From Podarcis liolepis (Eukaryota): a stretch of 64,000 nucleotides of DNA. Every line of letters begins with the position of its first letter. The stretch's first letter is position 1. This document shows positions 50,050 to 62,332 of the stretch, in pieces. The translations under genes were made by a program, and so were the position numbers. The notes beneath the pieces were generated by a model, which was not told where the DNA came from, made no database searches, and saw only the letters and a program-made list of their open reading frames with translations. The stretch is from the NCBI GenBank assembly GCA_965112155.1, contig OZ218103.1; one strand, 5' to 3'.

Positions 50050-53000
50050 ATGGTTACATGCATGCAACAGAGTTGGATTAAGGCCATGTGGTTCCCACCA
50101 GGTTACATCCTGAACATTTCTCAAAACAATTAAAGCAGAATGAATTCCGTAGTGAAAAGAACATCTTTATTTCCAAGCAAACATCAACGAAGACAATTCT
50201 TCCAAAGCAGTAAACTTCTGATGATGCTCTTTTAAAAAAAAGACTTGGTAAAAGTTTTCCAAAACATTAAAGAAGGTCAACTTGTTTGCATTAACATGGT
50301 CAGCAAACCTGAACTTCAGGGTTGTTGTTGTTATTCCATAGGACCATGGGAAAATGGATTCATAATTACGGTACTCAGTTAATTAAATCACTAGTCAGAT
50401 TGTGGCAGCCAAAATAGATCAGGAGACATAACACTGAACTATAGAAACTATGGTTAGTATTTTGTCACCTCTTGGTAGCTTTTCTCAGCTGCACAGCCTT
50501 AACGGTTTGGAATCTATATAGCTTCAGACCTGGGTACCTTAAGGACTACCTCACTCCTACAAGAAGCTGTGGGATCATACTCAGAGGACTTGAGTATAAG
50601 GGGTCATATTTTTCTTTACATTTCTAGTACTATTTCACTAAAACTGGGAAACCTCTGGCCGAGAGGTCCAATGTGTTCTTTGGACTCTATTAGCAAGGCT
50701 ATTCCTTGCTAATCTCCTACCAGACATTTAATTAATTAATTAAGGCAATTTATATACTGCTTCATTGCAATAGTCTCCAAGAGATGTACAACAAACTCAT
50801 GCTCATCAGCAATCACTGGGACATTCTAAAAAGACTTAAATAAAGTCACCAGAGCCACAAAATCCTGGGTCACATTGCTTGTCTACACTAGACATGCTGA
50901 TGCTGCAGTCTGCATCCTATTAAGCCCTCCTCATGACCATCACCACAAATGCCCGGGGGAAATGTAAGAAACACTTAAATGCAACAGGCTGGCAACAACC
51001 TCAAGTGGATGCTCCCTTAAGATTGAATGAAGGATGCCAGTTCCAAGGAAAGTGGACTAGCATGGAAGCAATTATATAAGCAAAAGCACATTGAAAGTTT
51101 TAATTTGTGTACACACGATCTATCCTGGACACACACCCAGAGTGCTGGCAACTTAACTGCTGGCAACTTAACAAATGAGAGTCCTGGGAAGGCTGTGCAA
51201 TGAATCAGAAGGCACAAAAATGCAAAACAACACTTCTAGCAGCTGAGAGATGCACTTTATTCTGATAGAAATAGCTGAGTCATGCTAGGTGAAAAGAACA
51301 CTTTTAAAACTGAGATGGATAGGTTTATGAAGAGCATTGTATAATCAGTGTTCATCTGATGACTCAGGGTCTGCTGCAGCCGAGGACACTGGAGATGTGC
51401 TAAAGGATACCAGATGAAAGGAAGTGGTGCTAAAAAGTACTACGATAATTTGGGGTTGGGGGACAGCAGCTGTTATGAATTGACACAAAGATTGCTCTTT
51501 CCCCTCTGCAGTTCTAGCAGGCGTGATCTGGGTTGAATCAGCACTAGCCCCAGCGTCTGCGTCCCAAACCAAATCAAACAAAAGCAAAGGAGGAAAATGT
51601 TTTTCCTGCTCATGGATCACACAGCTCACTGGTTCTGCAAATTATGCATGAGGGCCTCAGAACGGTGCTCTTGCCAGTTGCCAGGTGAAGCCATTTCCTG
51701 TGGGCATTTGTGAACATGCCGGACAGCTTAATATTTGCTCAACGCAGATTTTAACACTTGAAAGAACACATATACTTTTTGAAGCATCTGATTTTTATTT
51801 TTAAAAAGAAGGCTGGTGTGCTTTATAAACACATTCATTGGGGCAACATAGAAAACAAGATGGTCTCCCTCTTGCTCACTGCTAGGGTACTTTTTCTGAG
51901 CTGTGAGTCATTTTGGAAATCATACTCTCGCACTTCCTACTTGTGGTCATGGCTGATGGACCCTCAGGATACACAGAAGTCAATGATCTCTTGATGTCTT
52001 TTCCTATCCATGGACATGTGAGGATGGTTTTGTCAGGTGGGTTGGGTTGGGTTGAAGTTGCTGGACCTTGGAGAGCTCCAAGCAGATAGCTTTTTCCATT
52101 CCAGTCTGGAACACAGGGCTTATCCACACCCCTATTTGCCCCACTGCTTCCTACCCCCCCCCCGGGAGAAGACCACGGTTTAGCACTGAATCAGAGCAAA
52201 TGGCAGTTGGATTTTCCATGGATTGCTGTTTGTTCCAGTCTAGCACTAAAGAGTGGGTTTTCTGAGGGAAAGCAGCAGAGCAAAGGCAAAAAGTTCAGGA
52301 CAAACAGAAAACCACTCAGACCTAAGCTTTCTAGGGATGAGTCAAGTGGAAGTGTGTATGAGCCCTCAAATGAAGCTATTTATCCCTCTTTGGACAGACT
52401 CACCCCTCCTAGGCTCCACCCCCTTTCTGAACAGTGAAGACGCTTGAAAGGGTAATCCTTTGGCTTGGAGGCTAACATTCAGTTGCCTTCAACCTTCCAT
52501 GTTGGCTGCTCTGCAAAGCCTGGAACACAAACTATTAAGGTGGAGGCACTTAACAGTATCACCAAAAAAAATAGGACCAAAGCGGATGTAGATATACATG
52601 AAACGTGCAAAGGCTATACAAATTTAGAAAGAATTACCATTATTTAAATAGAAACACAATGCATCTCAGCATAGTGACAGAGTGACTTTCGCTCCTTTGC
52701 TGTCCAGGTTTATGGGTAACCATGTGGCCCCTGCTAGATAGTTCTCTAGTTCTTTATCTTTAAAATGGACTTTGACCAAACAGTCCTTCAGATATAGGGA
52801 TGCCTTCAAACTGAGGTCTGTAAAATATAACACATAGCCATGTATGCATACAAAGTCATCCTCCAACACAAAATATTGGCAGAATGGTGGGTTCAGTCTT
52901 TTTAACACTATTGGTTTCAGTCTTGCAAACCTGTACCAGAAAACAGATTTTTCCATTCATCTACTTAATATAATGCCGTGATGTGTGTGCATCTTCTGAA

Positions 53001-54224
53001 AGCAAGTGGTTTTTCAAAGCTGCCAGGTGACATTTGATAGCCTTACAAAGCCAGGAAAATATATATCCTAATCTGTACAGTCTATAGGGAGAGTCCAGCT
53101 GGCCAAGAAGAGCAGACAGATTTCACGATAAAAGTGTGCAGTGAGGCCGTGGCTTCTTGGCTTAGATTTTTAGACAACAGTTGAGACTGGCAAATCTCCC
53201 ACTTGCAAGATGGAAGGAACCCTAGGGAACTTCATTTGTTTTTGTTTTTTAAAAAAAGATCCTTTCAGTGATATATGAAGCTTACAGCTCAGAGTTATAC
53301 AAAGTCTTGTGCAATCAAGAGATTTGGTTTCTTGCCTTCTTTTTAATCAATTAAATAATGGGAATTCTAAAAAAAAAAGAGAGAGAGAGAACAGCAAGAA
53401 GACTAAAAAAATAAGATAAAGGGGTGATGTGAAAAGATTAGTGGTGAATTAAGCAGGAGCCAAGGGGAAGTCTCACTATAAGGCTTTGGAGTTTGGACTT
53501 CATTTTAAATAGTGTCATAATAAAGGTATCAGGCCAAGTACATGTAACTGCAAGTAGGTGTCACTGAGTTCATTGGGACAACTTCCATGTTTCAGGCTGC
53601 ATCTGTTCACAGAGACTAGAAAACACTGGAGCACCACTTCTTAATTAAATAGCCACTTTCCTATAATAAAGGCTTATCGCTTGAATTTAAAAACTGGTGC
53701 TTATATGTTGCTTCTTGGGCAGTTCATGAATAGCACAATGTTGAGATTTCCTTAAAGCTCTCACCAGATTTTTATACATCACTAGCACGGAAGGTATATT
53801 TTTGGAATTAATAAATGAGAAGAAATCTGGAAGGTTAAGACAGGGCTGTCTTCCATGTGGAATATGTAACTCTTTGCTCCAAGCAAAATATAACAGCCAG
53901 AGAAAGGGGCTTCCAAGGGTTACAGACAAGATTATTTTCCAGGCCTTCCTGGAGAACTGAACCTGGGATATTCTGCATACACTCTGCCACTGAGCTATGG
54001 TTTTTGCCAATTTAAATGCTCCCCATTCCACCAATCTGTAAGCTAACGTAACACACCAGCTACAAATATACGAATGCATTAAGTCAACCCTTTTAATATT
54101 TATATGTGTGTTGCTTCCTTACTTGCACAGCTTGTAAGCTTACACAGTATTGAACATATTCTCATGTTCAAGTTAAGAGATAAAAAGGTACAGACTCACT
54201 TATGAAAAGCATTTATAGTAACTT

Positions 54225-54701
54225 GTTGTTGTTGTTTAGTCATTTAGTGGTGTCCGACTCTTCGTGACCCCATGGACCAGAGCACGCCAGGCACTTCTGT
54301 CTTCCACTGCCTCTCGCAGTTTGGTCAAACTCATGTTTGTAGCTTCGAGAACACTGTCCAACCATCTCGTCCTCTGCCATCCCCTTCTCCTTGTGCCCTC
54401 AATCTTTCCCAGCCTCAGGGTCTTTTCCAGGGAGTCTTCTCTTCTCATGAGGTGGTCATAGTATTGGAGCCTCAGCTTCAGGATCTGTCCTTCCAGTGAG
54501 CACTCAGGGCTGATTTCCTTAAGAATGGATGTGTTTGTTCTTCTTGCAGTCCATGTGACTCTCAAGAGTCTCCTCCAGCACCATAATTCAAAAGCATCAA
54601 TTCTTTGGCGATCAGCCTTCTTTATGGTCCAGCTCTCACTTCCATACATCACTACTGGGAAAACCATGGCTTTAACTATACGGACCTTTGTTGGCAAGGT
54701 G
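54225..54701 (-). mobile_element. BovB (RTE) LINE, 5'-truncated
   Basis: Open 153-aa ORF (TKVRIVKAMVFPVVMYGSESWT...DAFELWCWRRLLRV...HGVTKSRT); (CAA)n tail; 11-bp TSD TATAGTAACTT (54214-54224, 54702-54712). Confidence 0.96.
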
Positions 54702-55264
54702 TATAGTAACTTAATATTTTTTAAAAAAACAACAATTCACATGCATGGAGGCTAGCACACTTTTCTGCAGACTGCCCTTTCTGCGAGATATGACTTCACC
54801 CAGCACAAATTTAAACATATATTACCCGGAGGCTTGGAAATGTTACTGGTTAAAACATTTTCAGAATCTTTCAGCTCACGTCCCTTATGTAAACATGCTA
54901 TTATGGAACTTGCACACGCAAAAAGCTCACTACTCTGAAAGGTGGAAAAGTTACCCTTTTATACCATCTCTTGGTGGTATCTGTGTCAGCATTCGCTCTT
55001 ATCCCCTCTATAAACTACAGAGCTGTTTCAAAGAGCAGCTGCTTCTTTGAAATGCAGTAATATTAGCAGCAACATAATCCATATGTTGGCCAGATAAAGG
55101 CAATGAAAGAAACTGCATGCCCTTGAGAAATAAAACCACGTATGAAAATTCCCAGGTGCTGCTTCTCAAAGGTAGACCTTCTCAAGAGTCGCAAATGTCT
55201 CAGCTGCCCCCATTCAGACAACAGGTAGCTCAAACATACAGCCACACTGGGTGGTTTGCTGGAG

Positions 55265-56179
55265 TTGCGCACTTAAAGAAGTGTCCGTCATTCTAGAATG
55301 ACCGCTCCCTACATCAAATGGGGGGTGCTTTTTGCGCAGTCGCGCACAGCCCCACCATCCCATGCAGCTCCCGGCAGTACAGCCTGGATACGCCCCCCCC
55401 CCCCGGGCTGGACACCTGAAGGTAGCTGCCTACCTCTGCCAGTTACCCATTCCCAGCTGGGGGGGGGGCGTTGCCAGGAGAGAGTTGGCCAGGTAAGGGG
55501 AGGGATCACCCAGCCCACACAATAGTGGGTGGAACTTACCTGGAAGTTCTCAGTTGGTTTCAGAGCTTCTCCCACCCTGCCCTCCCTTAGTTAAGCCTTC
55601 TTTTGCCGGTTAACCTCTCCTTTATAGGTATGCGAGCGCTGCTACTTCAAGGTCGCTGTTGAAGGGCCGGAAAGGAATTCTCTTGCATTGGCAGGTTTGC
55701 CTTTCCCATAGCAAAACGTTACAACTTTGGCGGTTTCAGGCCGTGGGCGGAATCCTTTAGTCTATCTTCCCTAAATGGGTGTGTGTGTGTGAAGTGGTGA
55801 CCCATGCCCCCCCCCTGCGGCGGCGATCCCAGGGTTCACAGTTAAAGGGGCTGTTTAGAGGGGAGGCATTGGCCATATGCTGTTAGGTTGTCATTGCTCT
55901 CCCCTGCGACGGTGGCGAAATGGGGGGTGGGCTCTCTGCTTGAACAGATGTTCTCCAGAACGCCAGCCCAATCCCCACATATTCTGGATAACCCTGATGT
56001 TCCCCTTGTCCCCGGCTGGGGACTGAGAGGGATAAACGCCCAATGCCTAAGCCGAGGTCTCCCTACATCTGAAGTTTTAATAAAGTTGTGGCCAAATTTT
56101 AATCCTATAACACGTTGTCTTGAGTCATTATTCCACGCGGGTGTCGCCCAGGGTCGGGGGTCTCTGCCTGTCCGCGCAA
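55265..56179 (+). mobile_element. CpG-rich solo-LTR-like insertion (~915 bp)
   Basis: Terminal inverted TTGCGC...GCGCAA (TG...CA inside); AATAAA 56079-56084 about 100 nt from the end; flanks GGAG/TGAG; sharp GC/CpG contrast with flanks. Confidence 0.6.
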
Positions 56180-57145
56180 TGAGCTAACTCCCATAGCAGT
56201 GCCTATTAGCTTGCCTACTAGTACTGAGCTTTTCCTTTTGTACGTTAATCATCACTGGGTTTCTTCCCATCAAAAGGAACACTGGAGAGATTTATGGGCA
56301 AAGTTAAATATTAGATTAAGGCTGCAATGATTCATTTGTGTTAATTTTCACATATGGAATCTTGCATCTGGCTTGTGATGTTTTAAAACTATTTCAACAA
56401 AAAATGAAAAAAGGTTGTTTTCCACTGGATCACACGCCTTGCGATTTATGAAATTGCAACTGTACTCTTGTTCTGCCCTATCCATCTTGCAATGAACTCC
56501 ATATATCAGGGGGAGGGAAAGCTTTACAGAGTACCCGAAAACAAATATTACCTTCCACTGAAGCACCAATTGAATATTGTTCAACTGTGGCAACAGTCTC
56601 TGCAGAGTATATCATGCTGTAAATCAATGAGTTATCGTTGCTGTTAAGATTTAAGAGGAAAGGGCCAAAGAGACAGCTTGGATATCAAAATCTATTTTTC
56701 CATGACCCAGGGAGAGAAGGCTTTCACTCAGCATGCTCCTGTTTGGAAGCAGCTGGAAAAGAAGACACTTGCTGGAAGGGTGGTTGGGCGGGCGGGCGGG
56801 TGTGGGGTGTGTGTGTGTGTTTCTCTCCCTCCCTTTACAGATCATAAAAAGGCAGGCTTCTCAAAAAATGTCTCCAGCCCTTGGGGTATGTAGAGTGCAA
56901 ACTTGGATAAGAGTTGCAGTGAGGGGAATGGGAAATTCCCAGAGAAAATTCTATGTTTTTAAGTAAAAATGTCTTGGTAAAATAGTATTCTGGACTGCTG
57001 TGTGATCAGCTACTGTAGATTACACAGACCTTGCACCTAATCACTTCACATTGCCTCAAACAGTGGCCTGTTTTCCTTCCTTCTGCCAAATCAACAGTGG
57101 CCTGCTCATGCATTAAGCTACAGGTGAACAAGGGTCAAGCAATTT

Positions 57146-57265
57146 CCAGAAGAGTAGCCTTGTTTGTCCTTTGCAGCTTAAAAAACAAAAATATTGTGGC
57201 ACCTTAAAGACTGATAAATTTATTATGACGTAAGCTTTGATGGGCTCAACTGCACTTCATCAGAG
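57146..57265 (-). mobile_element. Degenerate Penelope-like fragment
   Basis: GTAGCC...TGTGGCACCTTAAAGACT...TAAGCTTT...CACTTCATCAG (CTGATGAAGTG on the - strand). Confidence 0.7.
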
Positions 57266-58229
57266 CCATGAAAGGCTGATCAGCTGAGTGATGAGGAATT
57301 AAATGGTGTCCGTGCATGTCCAAACCTATTTAAATATTTTTTTAAATCAATTCTTCTAACAGGAAAAACAAAGCTTGAGAACACAAGGATGATATGTGTT
57401 GAGAGATCTCAGGTACCTAAGCAGGGCTCCCACAGCCACAGGGCTGGCATTTGCCTGTCTCCCACTGCTGTTTTACCAAGACCCGTGCTCCTATTGCCCT
57501 TTGCTCTCCCAGTCCCACGATCAAAGTGTTTGAAAACCACTTGGAAGCAGAAGGGAGGAATTTTTTATTGTTTGGCTCAAAGTTTGGAGTGCGTGTGTGT
57601 TTGTGTGCAAAGTGCATACAGCCCTGCTAATAACAAATGGAAGATAGCCACTAATTAACTCAGTCTCCCAAACAAAACCAAAATATGTTCTATCCCCTTG
57701 GTTCTGCCCTCTGATACTTTTTTATTTTTTCCACCAATGAAGGAACACAAACACTCAAGAGTGCTCCTATTTTCAGTTCAGCTTTAAGGTGCTAGAGATT
57801 CCCTAACATGGGTAGGCCTGTCCTGAAACCTGCTTCTCCTAACACGTGCACAAGTCGTCACTTGAAGCTGCAGTGCACACCAAGTGTTGGCCCTGCCTGT
57901 GTAAGGCACCCAACCTTGTTCCATGTGGTGGACTCTCATTCTGTGGTGGCTGGTGGAATAGAGAAGCAAGTGGGCTAATAACAAAATACTGGAAGGATGA
58001 ATTCATGATGCAATAATGGTGCAACTATGCTTGGAATTATGCACTAGCCGAGAAGCCCACCAAGCAAGTTCGAGCACTAAGATGGCCAGACTATGGGGGT
58101 GATTTTGTGGGCCAATGGTGTGGATTTAGTTAATGGGTGAATAGATATATGAGGCTGCGATAGCTCCCTCCATACATATGTCTCACTGTGGCAATGACCT
58201 GTTGGGATGAAGAAGAAAAAAGCTTTAAA

Positions 58230-58469
58230 CAGTTGCACATTGGATCCCGAACGCCTTGCGAGTTTAACGCTTTGGCTCCCGAATGCCGCAAACCTGGAAG
58301 TGAGTGTTCCGGTTTGCGAATGTTCTTTGGAACCCAAACGTCCGACGCGGCTTCCGATTGGCTGCAGGAGCTTTCTGCAGCCAATCAGAAGCCGCATCTT
58401 GGTTTTCGAACGTTTTGGAAGTTAACGGACTTCCAGAATGGATTCCATTCAACTTCCGAGGTACCACTG
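58230..58469. mobile_element. Tc1/mariner-type MITE with central palindrome
   Basis: Right TIR GAGGTACCACTG|TA, degenerate left TIR CAGTTGCACATTGG; homologous to 62873-63123 in opposite orientation. Confidence 0.85.
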
Positions 58470-58669
58470 TACAGACATTATTCTATGATCTCTGTCAAAT
58501 CTGAAAGTATAATGTACTGCATGATGTACTATTATTATTTTTTAAAAAATGGGTTCCCCTGCTTCATTGGTTTGTTAAATAAATATTTTAAGTTTAACTT
58601 CCTAACGTTAAATAGCTTTTTAACAGAAAGGAAGAGCACCACAGACACACAAATCTATGGTGCAACCAC

Positions 58670-59405
58670 ATTAGGAATACTGTGTATGGTTCTGGTCATC
58701 TCACCTCAAATAGGATACCATAGAGTTGGAAAAGGTTCATAAAAGGGCCACCAAAATGATCATGGAGAGAAGAAAGAAGCTGGAGGGACTGTCACCATCC
58801 ACCTCCCATTGCAGCCTCTCCCTCTCTGCAACTGAGAGGAGAATCAGCACTAGTGGCTTTTTCTAAACAAACAAGTTGTCTTATCTGTTTTATTGTAACT
58901 TTTTGTGTGTGTTTTTTAAAAAGTGGTGCTTACTGTTGCAATAATCTTATGTAAACTAAATTGTGAGGTCTGCCTGAAAAGTAGCACGTAAATACTGTGA
59001 ATAATCAAATAAACAATAAATTTCCCCATGAAGAAAGGTTGTGGCGTTCGAGACTTTTTAGTTTAGAGAAAAGGCGACAAAGAGGCGACATGATAGAAGT
59101 TTGTAAAATGATGCTCACCGTTAGATAAAGTGAATAGAGAAAAGTTTTTCTCCCTTTCTCATAAAACTAGAATTGTGATCATCCAAGAAAGAGGGATGGT
59201 GGAAGGTTCTCGCCAGACAACGCACAGAGGAACTATGGAACAGGAGGCAGGGATGGCCACCAACCAATTTGGGTGGCTTCAAAAGAGCTTTAGACAAATT
59301 AATGGAGGACAAGGCTAACATCTACTAGGTGAGAGAACAGGAGAACAGGATGCTGAACTAGATAGCCCATTGCTTGGTCTGATCCAGCAGGCTCGTCTTA
59401 TGTTC
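58670..59405 (+). mobile_element. Fragmented CR1 LINE 3' region (interrupted ~58770-59020)
   Basis: GAGTTGGAAAAGGTTC...GGCCACCAAAATGATC; TTTAGTTTAGAGAAAAGGCGAC...GACATGATAGAAG; tail GGTCTGATCCAGCAGGCTCGTCTTATGTTCT. Confidence 0.7.
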
Positions 59406-59409
59406 TGAC

Positions 59410-60100
59410 ACGCAGAGCGGGAACGCACTGGAGCCAAACAGGCAACCCAGAGGGTCTGTGGTTGCGCTGACTTGAGAAGCCAGGCCCACCCCCTGGGGCG
59501 GGACCTCCCTACCGGTGCGCAGACAGAAGACACCCTCGCAAACTTGGGAGCCGGCTCTCTCCTTAAGCCTCGCCTCTGCCTCCTGCTGCCGAAGCGGCTC
59601 CGAGCTGCCAATCACCAGCAACGCTCGACCCGCGCGCTCCGCGCGTCGAGATCTCTCTTGCCTCTCTCTGGCTCTCCAGTTTGCTGCTGCTGCTCTGCTG
59701 CTCGCGCACCGAGCACATTCTCTTGCCAGCTTCTGCAAGAGGAAACTGCGCGCGGGGCGCACGCCTGTTTGCAGCCCGTGTTTGCAGGCTTTCCGCGCGC
59801 TGCAAGCCTGAGATTCAGCGCGCGCGGCGTGCATGTGCCATTTCAACTTTTTATCTCTTTCCTAAGGGGAGATCGGGCTTCTGGTTTTCCTTGGTGAAGT
59901 GAATAAGAGAAGGCAAACTTCCAACCTTCTACTTTTGGAGAGAGCGATATTCTTATCCAGAGTGACCAATGGGCATTTAAAGGGGCCGCTGGATTAGTTG
60001 GCGCTGGCGAGGAAAGCACCTCTCAAGATTGCCTGGCCGGACTTGGATGGTGGAAGAGCCGGAATCCCTGCAGCAGCTGAATTACTCCAGAGCTACCCGA
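59410..60100 (+). promoter_or_regulatory. CpG island / INKA2 promoter region
   Basis: Dense CGCG motifs, GC box GGGGCGGG ~59494, CCAAT 59966-59970, TTTAAA 59976-59981 upstream of the coding exon. Confidence 0.7.
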
Positions 60101-60168
60101 TGGACTTGGATGTTAGGATGGAAAAGAAAAACATGGATCATTACCTACGCCGTCTGAAGCAGGAGTTG
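60100..60168 (+). CDS. INKA2: INKA2 (FAM212B, PAK4 inhibitor) first coding exon, MDLDVRMEKKNMDHYLRRLKQEL
   Basis: MDxYLRRLKQEL matches the INKA2 N-terminus; TTG/gtaaga phase-0 donor; synteny with DDX20/KCND3; start Met uncertain (60100, 60118 or 60133); next exon lies beyond the window. Confidence 0.9.
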
Positions 60169-61409
60169 GTAAGAAATGCCCGGGAAAAGAAGGGACTGGG
60201 GGACTGGGTAAGAGGAAATAGAGTCTGCATTTGGGATCTGTCTCCTGCTCCGTTTGCAACTTCCCTGCTAGGGGGTGTTAGTCAATGAATGTTGCCTCAC
60301 TCCCGCTCTCCTTCCTGCACAGCGCTTATTTCCCGGGCTTTGTTTAGAGATCTCGCCGTGTCCTTCCTTTGCAGCTGTGTGGCCTCCAATTTCCCCACGG
60401 GGGATTTTTTGTTTCCTTCCAAGCCCCTGGGATGAGATGGGATAAAGAGGAAGACTCCACAGTCCTCTCCCACCCCCCACGACTCCATCACGGAAAGTGG
60501 TTTCCAAATCTGTTTGCACAGTTTAGCTTTTGCCGCTGACACGGTGGCTAAATCCCATTGACAGTAATAGGTGTTTAACCCTTCTCTCAATGTGTGTTGG
60601 TGTCTTACGCTCTTCTCTTTTCTGGCTGGGAGCGCTGGCACCGACAGCCACCCCCCTCACCGCGCACTCCTTTGCTCTTCCTGCAAAGGCATCGCCTTCT
60701 GTTTGTTTAACTGTGACAGGGAGCGGTGAACTTTGTAATCAGTTCAGACACCGAGCCCTTTATCATGAGCCCTGAAAGGGATTATAAACTGGCATCGCAT
60801 CACAACCTGTTACTGTCTTCCTTCCCCATGTTCTTGCACTGTTAGTGTGAGCATCTAACTGGATAGAAAGCTGCACCCACCCACATCAAAACTGCATTCT
60901 CCCAAGACCTAACTGCGTACCTCCATTCATTTTCTCCTTCCTAACCTGGACCTGTCAGGCAGGTTTACCCTTGGGCTCCTTCCCAACGTAGCTCATCAAT
61001 TTTTCTCCTCTGGTAGCCCAGCTCTGAAACATTTTTTCCCCCCAGAGCACAGATGTATCATCTCTCTAGGCATTCTGGTTGCCTGCCACTTCTTTTAATT
61101 ATAGGGGTGCCTACAAATCTTCAGAGGCAGACGCATACCACAAGGCAATCATTTCCCATTGGCTTTCTCTCCTAAGCTTCCGTTTTTTGTTTGGTATTGT
61201 ACAGTTTTGCTAATAGCCCTGCTGGAGCGTTTTAATTTTCATTCAAAGTAGCGACATCCAGTTCTGGAAGATGCCGAACGCCACTTGTTCAGTGTCCTAA
61301 AAGGAAATGCTGAGCCTCGCATCCAATTTCCATCTATAGAATGTGCGCCTGGCATTCTGGAAATATCTGAGGTCCATTACCCATCACACAGCTACACCAG
61401 ATAGCTGTT

Positions 61410-61500
61410 GCCATTATTGTTATTCCCATTTTACAGACGGAAAACTGAGGACCCACAGCAAAGTTCGTACAATTCGAACCTGAGTCTCCCCAACTGCGCA
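61410..61500 (-). mobile_element. MIR/CORE SINE remnant
   Basis: ATTATTGTTATTCCCATTTTACAGACGGAAAACTGAGG is the antisense MIR core. Confidence 0.7.
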
Positions 61501-62312
61501 GCTAGACCGTGTTTCCATTTTACAGCCGAATCCCTCCACTACTGACACTGAAAGATTTGCATTGACCCGTATTGAATCACTCTAGCTGTGCATTCAAATA
61601 AAAAAAGACTGGAATCCTGGTAAAATTCAATGTAAAGGTGATGATGGTCAAGTGATGAGATGCAAAGAGCTTTGTCATGTTTTTCTCCCTTCTACCTTGG
61701 CAGTGGAGATCCACCACTATACCTTGCAGCACATTCTGACTCCCACCCAATCAATTCCAGTTCCTTCCCTGTCTTGTCACTGCCTGTTCCATCCACAGAC
61801 ACTTAATCTAATTTATGGTGCTGGAGGCAGGCCAGTCAGCTAGAATTTTTTTCTACCCAGACTTTTCCCCTTAAGGACATAGCCAAGCTGCTTTGCAGAA
61901 TCCTGCACATTTTCTTTAGAAATGCAAGAAGAATGTTATTTCTGCAACTCTTCTAATCTGCATATTGTTTTACAACCCCCCTTTTCTTAGCCACTTTCGC
62001 AGCTACCCTGTAAGGTAGCGCATGCGCCCCCCCCCACCAGCATATTACCATCTACAGACTAAACAAATGTTGTCACCTAGTGATAAAGTGGGGTGGAGTT
62101 GTGGCTTAAGTTCCTATCTCCCAGATCCACATATAATACCTTAATTACTAGACTGCACTGCTTCCAAAAAAGAGAAGAGATCAGAGTTGTTATCTCTCTC
62201 TTAGATGTAAATGGCCCTTTGGGCAGAGATTGACGAGTGTGATACTGAGCACCTCGCACTGACATTCTGCCCTTCCTCCACCCCACGGCTCAGGCACAAG
62301 TGTTTCTTGCCG

Positions 62313-62332
62313 TGACATGTTTGGGCTTGCCC
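62313..62332. promoter_or_regulatory. p53 response element in INKA2 intron 1
   Basis: TGACATGTTT+GGGCTTGCCC: two RRRCWWGYYY half-sites, zero spacer, 19/20 match. Confidence 0.7.

Noticed and set aside
51346-51392. CTGATGA followed by a hairpin, hammerhead-like
   Set aside because: GACA instead of GAAA and no stem III/UH; more simply an AP-1 TGACTCA site
59315-59902. Cluster of overlapping 70-160 aa ORFs on both strands
   Set aside because: Expected in a GC-rich CpG island; Arg/Ala-rich with no homology recognised
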